Below are positions 59,431 through 64,000 of a stretch of 64,000 nt of DNA, piece by piece; positions within the stretch are counted from its first letter, which is position 1; every line of letters begins with the position of its first letter. The stretch covers positions 133,698 to 197,697 of the forward strand of contig JAHDCD010000001.1 in NCBI GenBank assembly GCA_020630095.1, written 5' to 3'. This stretch comes from Rickettsiales bacterium (lineage in GTDB: Bacteria > Pseudomonadota > Alphaproteobacteria > Rickettsiales > UBA8987). The translations under genes were made by a program, and so were the position numbers. The notes under the pieces were generated by a model that was given only the letters and a program-made list of their open reading frames with translations, ran no database searches and was not told the DNA's origin.

Positions 59431-60181
59431 TTACTTAAATGATAATGCTAATCCTGTATTTGTTCCAACTATGGGTGCGTTACATGATGCGCATCTTTCG
59501 TTGGTGGAAAAGGCTAAAGAATTTTCTAATAATATATTGGTTTCGATATTTGTTAACCCGCTACAGTTTAATAATGAAGGGGATTTAAAGCATTACCCAA
59601 GAACTGAAGGTGAGGATATAGCAAAGCTTGAGGAGCAAGGTTTAGCGAAAGCCGTTTTTATACCGTCTGTTGATGAGCTATATGAGAATAATGTAGATAA
59701 TTTTGAGGTGAATATTAACCCTAAAATTGGCAAGGTTTTATGCGGTGCTCATCGTGATGGGCATTTTGAAGGTGTGTGTAAAGTGTTGATGGTTTTTAAT
59801 GATTTAATTAAGCCATCAAATTTAATATTAGGCGCTAAAGATTACCAGCAACTCTTTGTAATCAGTAGGTTGTTTGAAGAGTTTAACTTTAACACTGAAG
59901 TTATTGGCGCGCCATTGATGCGTGAAGATGATGGGCTTGCAATGTCTAGCCGTAATTTACGCTTAACTGATAATGGGCGCAAGATTGCGCCTGAGATTTA
60001 TAGATCTTTAACTAATATAGCATCGGATAAATTAACTATAGAGAGTGAGGCTAAGCGTTTAACTGAACTTGGTTTTGAAATTGATTATTTTGAAGTGCGT
60101 AATTTAAGTGGTAAACAAAATAGGATTTTCATTGCAGCGTTTATTGATGGAGTTAGGTTGATAGATAATTTAGAGATATGA
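59396..60181 (+). CDS. panC: Pantoate--beta-alanine ligase
   Basis: FVPTMGALHDAHLSLV, GAKDYQQ, MSSRN. Confidence 0.92.
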   Translation: MIVIRTKADLSNYLNDNANPVFVPTMGALHDAHLSLVEKAKEFSNNILVSIFVNPLQFNNEGDLKHYPRTEGEDIAKLEEQGLAKAVFIPSVDELYENNVDNFEVNINPKIGKVLCGAHRDGHFEGVCKVLMVFNDLIKPSNLILGAKDYQQLFVISRLFEEFNFNTEVIGAPLMREDDGLAMSSRNLRLTDNGRKIAPEIYRSLTNIASDKLTIESEAKRLTELGFEIDYFEVRNLSGKQNRIFIAAFIDGVRLIDNLEI

Positions 60182-61233
60182 TTAATAATTTAGCTAAAAA
60201 TATACTTCATAAACTTGAACCGGAGAAGGCTCATAATACATCTATTTGGGCGCTGAGGAATGATTTATATATTAAGCCTAAGGCCCAAGAATTTGCTAAT
60301 TTAGAAACGCAAGTTTTTGGAATTAACTTTAAGAACCCTGTAGGGTTTGCCGCGGGGTATGATAAGAACGCGGAAGTTATAAAATCTATCCATAATTTTG
60401 GCTTTGGCTTTACTGAGGTTGGTACATGTACGCCGTTGGCACAGGCTGGTAATGCGAAGCCGCGTATATTTAGATTAACTGAAGATAGAGCGATTATTAA
60501 TCGCTTAGGGTTTAACAATAAAGGTGCAGATTACTTTATTAAACAATTAGTTAACCGCGCAGATACTGGCATAGTTGGCGCTAATATTGGTAAAAATAAA
60601 GATACTGAAGACCCGTTTGCTGATTATGATATTATGCTTAAGAAGGTGTGGGGTTTATCTGATTATATTACGATTAATATATCTTCTCCGAATACGCCGA
60701 ACTTGCGCGATATTCAAAAAAAGGAGTATATTGAAGAGTTTTTAGGCAATATAAAAGCAGCGCGTAAGAAGTTGCAGGATAAAACAGGCGAGAACTACCC
60801 TATTCTATTAAAGGTTGCACCAGATGTTGAGGAAAAAGAAATTAAAAATATCGCAAACGCATCAATTAAGGCGGAGTTAGACGGTTTGATTATATCTAAT
60901 ACTACAATTTCGCGCGATAATATTACTATGGATATTGATGAGCAGGGTGGGCTTTCAGGTGCGCCTTTACTGGATAAATCTACAGAGGTTCTAAAGGAGT
61001 TTTATAAAATTACTCGTGGCTCTAATGTTAAACTTATTGGTGTTGGAGGGGTGGACTCGGCGCAAAATGCTTATGCTAAGATAAAAGCAGGAGCTAGTTT
61101 GGTGCAGGTTTACACGGGCTTTATTTATAAAGGCGTTAATATTGCTAATGAGATTAAAGTGGGTTTATCTGAATTGGTAGAGAAAGATGGCTTTAGGAGT
61201 GTTGAAAATGCCGTGGGTGTGGATTTAGATTAA
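60178..61233 (+). CDS. pyrD: Dihydroorotate dehydrogenase (quinone), class 2
   Basis: GFGFTEVGTCTP, NISSPNTPNLR, GVGGV...GASLVQVYTG. Confidence 0.92.
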   Translation: MINNLAKNILHKLEPEKAHNTSIWALRNDLYIKPKAQEFANLETQVFGINFKNPVGFAAGYDKNAEVIKSIHNFGFGFTEVGTCTPLAQAGNAKPRIFRLTEDRAIINRLGFNNKGADYFIKQLVNRADTGIVGANIGKNKDTEDPFADYDIMLKKVWGLSDYITINISSPNTPNLRDIQKKEYIEEFLGNIKAARKKLQDKTGENYPILLKVAPDVEEKEIKNIANASIKAELDGLIISNTTISRDNITMDIDEQGGLSGAPLLDKSTEVLKEFYKITRGSNVKLIGVGGVDSAQNAYAKIKAGASLVQVYTGFIYKGVNIANEIKVGLSELVEKDGFRSVENAVGVDLD

Positions 61234-61271
61234 AATTGACTTAAGTCTATATTCTTCAATTATCTTAATCA

Positions 61272-63248
61272 ATGCATGTAGCTGAAAATATTAACATTCT
61301 ATATGGTCTTATTTTGGGGCTGATGCTACTTTGCGTATTCTTAATTCTTTCTAAAAGGAAATTAAAGAAATCTTCTAATCAAATATCGACTGATAAAAAT
61401 GATCTTAATGAAAAGGTTAGCTTGTTAAGCCAAGAGTCTGAATTAAAAGGATCTTTGATAGATATATTTGACAATATATCTAAGCCGATATGGGTATTTT
61501 CTGCTAATGGAAATATTATCTATTGTAACTCAGCCTATGCAGATTTGGTGGAAGAGGATGAGGAAGAGATTTTTGCAAAGAAGATTAACTTATGTAATGA
61601 GTATAAGGTTGAGGATAAGCCCGTTAGAACTCATATTATTTCACATGGTAAGCGTAACTTTTATGAGCTTACAAAGAGTAAGAAAGGGGAGTTTTTTATC
61701 GGTATTGCTCAAGATGTTACGGAAGTTGAGCGTGAGTTAGCTAATTTAAAATATAATATGGCAGTGCAGAATGACCTGCTAGATAGCTCCGCAAGTGGAA
61801 TTGCAATATATGATTCAAATCAGAATTTAACTTATAATAATAGTTCATTTACTAAGCTATTTTCGCTGGATGATAGTTTTTTAAATAGAAATCCAGCATT
61901 CGGCGAGGTTTTGGAGAATCTGCGTACGAAGTCTATGTTACCAGAGCAAGCGAATTTTGGGCAGTTTAAGCAAGAAGCGCTTGAGATGTTTGAAAATCTA
62001 ATTGGTAAGCATGAGGAGTTTTATTACCTACCGGATGGGCGCGTATTGCGTATTATTGTATTGCCACATCAGAGTGGTGGCTTGTTATTCTCTTATGAGG
62101 ATATGACCAACCAGATAACGCTGGAGCAGTCTTATAATACGTTACTTTCGGTACAGAAATCTACGATTGATAATTTGGCGGAGGGTGTTGCGGTGATTGG
62201 CGAAGATGGGCGCTTACAATTCGCTAACCCTACTTTCCGTAAAATGTGGGGGTTTGAGCGTGAATTTTTAGATTCTAAACCGCATGTTAACGAGGTTTCA
62301 GAGCAGGCGCGTGATAAGTTTAAGAGTGATAAGGATTATATTATTTCTAATAATATAATCATGAAATCCATCTCGGAACATACACCTGCTACAGGTAGCG
62401 TTAGGCTGGCGGATGGAAGTTTATATGAATGGGCGGCGATTCCTCTGCCGGATGGCGCGATATTGCTTACCTTTGTGGATTTAACGGATTCAGCGATGCT
62501 TGAGCAAGCGTTGCGTGCGGAGAAAAAAGCATTGGAAGATGTTCATAAAGTTAAGATTAATTTCCTTACCAACGTATCTAATGAATTGCGTTCTCCGTTG
62601 ACATCTATTAAAGGATTCTCGGAATTGTTGAAGGCGAATTACTTTGGTGATCTTAATGAAAAACAGGGTGAATATGTTGAGGATATTTATCAATCTTCAT
62701 TGCGTTTAGCATCTATGATTGATGATATTTTAGATGTTACTTATTTAGAGGCGGGTAGCTTGCTTTATGAAGAGTATGACTTTAGTGCGAGCAAGGTATT
62801 TGAGAAAGTATTTGCTAGAACTGAGGAACGTGCGGAAGAAAGTAAAATTAATTTAACGCGCAATAAGTTTACCGAAAATGTGGTGCTTAATGGTGATCAA
62901 AAACATTATAAACAGGCGTTAAATAGTTTCTTTGTTTATGCGTTAAAGCTTGTTCCACATAAGGGTAAAATGGATATTGGACAATCTATCGACGATGAGA
63001 AATATCATATATCGATAAAGTTAGATTATAGCCAAGGGGATTTGTCTAGACTTTCTGAGCTGAAACACTTCAATGATGAGGACTTTATGGGCTCTGACCT
63101 TAATTTAATCATTGCAAAGAAGTTCATAGAAATTCATAAAGGCGTATTGCAGGTTGATGAAGAAAAGGATGGTATGCTTGAATTAGGGCTTTCTTTTATA
63201 GTCAATGAGCATCAAAAGCTATTAGAGTTCGAAAAAGATCAAGGTTAG
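61272..63248 (+). CDS. DivL-like PAS-domain pseudo-histidine kinase (H-box His replaced by Asn, degenerate ATP-binding boxes)
   Basis: N-terminal TM and PAS-like repeats. H-box FLTNVSNELRSPLTSIKGF with AAT (Asn) at 62580-62582 where His is expected. N-box QALNSFFVYALK lacks both Asn residues. G1 and G2 boxes are degenerate (LDYSQGD, GSDLNL). Confidence 0.75.
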   Translation: MHVAENINILYGLILGLMLLCVFLILSKRKLKKSSNQISTDKNDLNEKVSLLSQESELKGSLIDIFDNISKPIWVFSANGNIIYCNSAYADLVEEDEEEIFAKKINLCNEYKVEDKPVRTHIISHGKRNFYELTKSKKGEFFIGIAQDVTEVERELANLKYNMAVQNDLLDSSASGIAIYDSNQNLTYNNSSFTKLFSLDDSFLNRNPAFGEVLENLRTKSMLPEQANFGQFKQEALEMFENLIGKHEEFYYLPDGRVLRIIVLPHQSGGLLFSYEDMTNQITLEQSYNTLLSVQKSTIDNLAEGVAVIGEDGRLQFANPTFRKMWGFEREFLDSKPHVNEVSEQARDKFKSDKDYIISNNIIMKSISEHTPATGSVRLADGSLYEWAAIPLPDGAILLTFVDLTDSAMLEQALRAEKKALEDVHKVKINFLTNVSNELRSPLTSIKGFSELLKANYFGDLNEKQGEYVEDIYQSSLRLASMIDDILDVTYLEAGSLLYEEYDFSASKVFEKVFARTEERAEESKINLTRNKFTENVVLNGDQKHYKQALNSFFVYALKLVPHKGKMDIGQSIDDEKYHISIKLDYSQGDLSRLSELKHFNDEDFMGSDLNLIIAKKFIEIHKGVLQVDEEKDGMLELGLSFIVNEHQKLLEFEKDQG

Positions 63249-63250
63249 TA

Positions 63251-64000
63251 ATGAAGTTAGCAACGTATAATATTAATTCAGTTCGTTTAAGGATTGAAAG
63301 GGTTATTCATATTTTAGAAAAATTAGATTTAGATGTTCTGTGTTTGCAGGAAACTAAATGTGAAGATTCTGAGTTCCCTAAAGAAGCTTTCAAAAAAGCA
63401 GGTTATGAGCATTTAGCTATTCGTGGTGAAAAAGCTTATAATGGTGTTGCTATAGTTTCTAGGTTACCAATTAAAGAGAAAAAGGTTTTTAATTTTGTAA
63501 ACCATCATGCGCGCCATGTTTGCGCTAATATTGATGGTATAGATATCCATAATTTTTATGTTCCTGCTGGTGGGATGATTCCAGACAGATTTAGTAATGA
63601 GAAGTTTGAGCATAAACTAAATTATGTTGATGCGTGCGTTGATCATTTTTCTAATAAGAAAAATTCTAGCAATGCAATTATATTAGGTGACCTTAATATT
63701 GCGCCTTATGAGCATGATGTTTGGAGCTCTAAACAGTTGCGTGATGAGGTTTCACACACGGCTATTGAGCGTGAAAAGCTTGATAATTTCAAAAAAGCCG
63801 GAGGATTTGTGGATATCGCTCGTAAATTTATTGACGAGAATGAAAAAATATATTCATGGTGGAGTTATAGAAATCGTGATTGGCGTAAGTCTAACCGCGG
63901 AAGACGCTTGGATCATATCTGGACTTCTGCTAATATAGCTAATGATGTGAAGAGTTATAACGTATATAAAGATTTGCGTGATCCGCTATTTGGCGGTGAA
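63251..64000 (+). CDS. xthA: Exodeoxyribonuclease III, N-terminal about 250 aa (runs off the right edge)
   Basis: Manual translation from ATG 63251: MKLATYNINSVRLRIERVIHILEKLDLDVLCLQETKCEDSEFP...ILGDLNIAP...WWSYRNRDWRKSNRGRRLDHIW. Confidence 0.9.
   Translation, partial: MKLATYNINSVRLRIERVIHILEKLDLDVLCLQETKCEDSEFPKEAFKKAGYEHLAIRGEKAYNGVAIVSRLPIKEKKVFNFVNHHARHVCANIDGIDIHNFYVPAGGMIPDRFSNEKFEHKLNYVDACVDHFSNKKNSSNAIILGDLNIAPYEHDVWSSKQLRDEVSHTAIEREKLDNFKKAGGFVDIARKFIDENEKIYSWWSYRNRDWRKSNRGRRLDHIWTSANIANDVKSYNVYKDLRDPLFGGE

Overview
Visibly AT-rich alphaproteobacterial chromosome segment. Alphaproteobacterial markers are TrcR/DUF1013, long-form L28, alpha-type SerC, MetZ and CtrA-type boxes. The palindromic elements inserted in frame in genes suggest a Rickettsiales/Holosporales-like intracellular lifestyle (inference). 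About 55 genes are recognisable housekeeping genes: truA, rnpA, rpmB, aspS, tldD, mgtE, an ECF sigma, a PilB/GspE ATPase, fmt, uvrD, frr, pyrH, serC, groESL, hisA, coaBC, metZ, mfd, trhO, prfB (with +1 frameshift), rmuC, ispE, msrAB, folD, exoD, ppa, pepA, zapE, panC, pyrD, xthA. There are three tRNAs (Met/CAU, Ser/UGA, Cys/GCA) and about 12 ORFan genes. No CRISPR array, rRNA, intact transposase or known defence system was seen. Main observations: (1) Eleven intergenic TTAA-N7-TTAA(C) (CtrA-type) boxes. Ten have a -10-like hexamer exactly 11 nt downstream. Seven have a start codon 6-8 nt after that hexamer, giving a predicted leaderless regulon made up almost entirely of ORFan or secreted proteins. 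(2) A DivL-like pseudo-histidine kinase with the phospho-acceptor His replaced by Asn. (3) RPE-like palindromic elements inserted in frame in fmt and mfd. (4) All three tRNAs are flanked by short arrays that re-copy a tRNA end. (5) MITE-like hairpin-array elements with covarying stems bracket one ORFan. (6) A ~260-bp dispersed repeat, an ankyrin-subtilase-autotransporter fusion, an Inc-like 1027-aa protein, and divergent genes whose start codons overlap. All calls come from manual reading of the sequence and ORF track; no searches were run.
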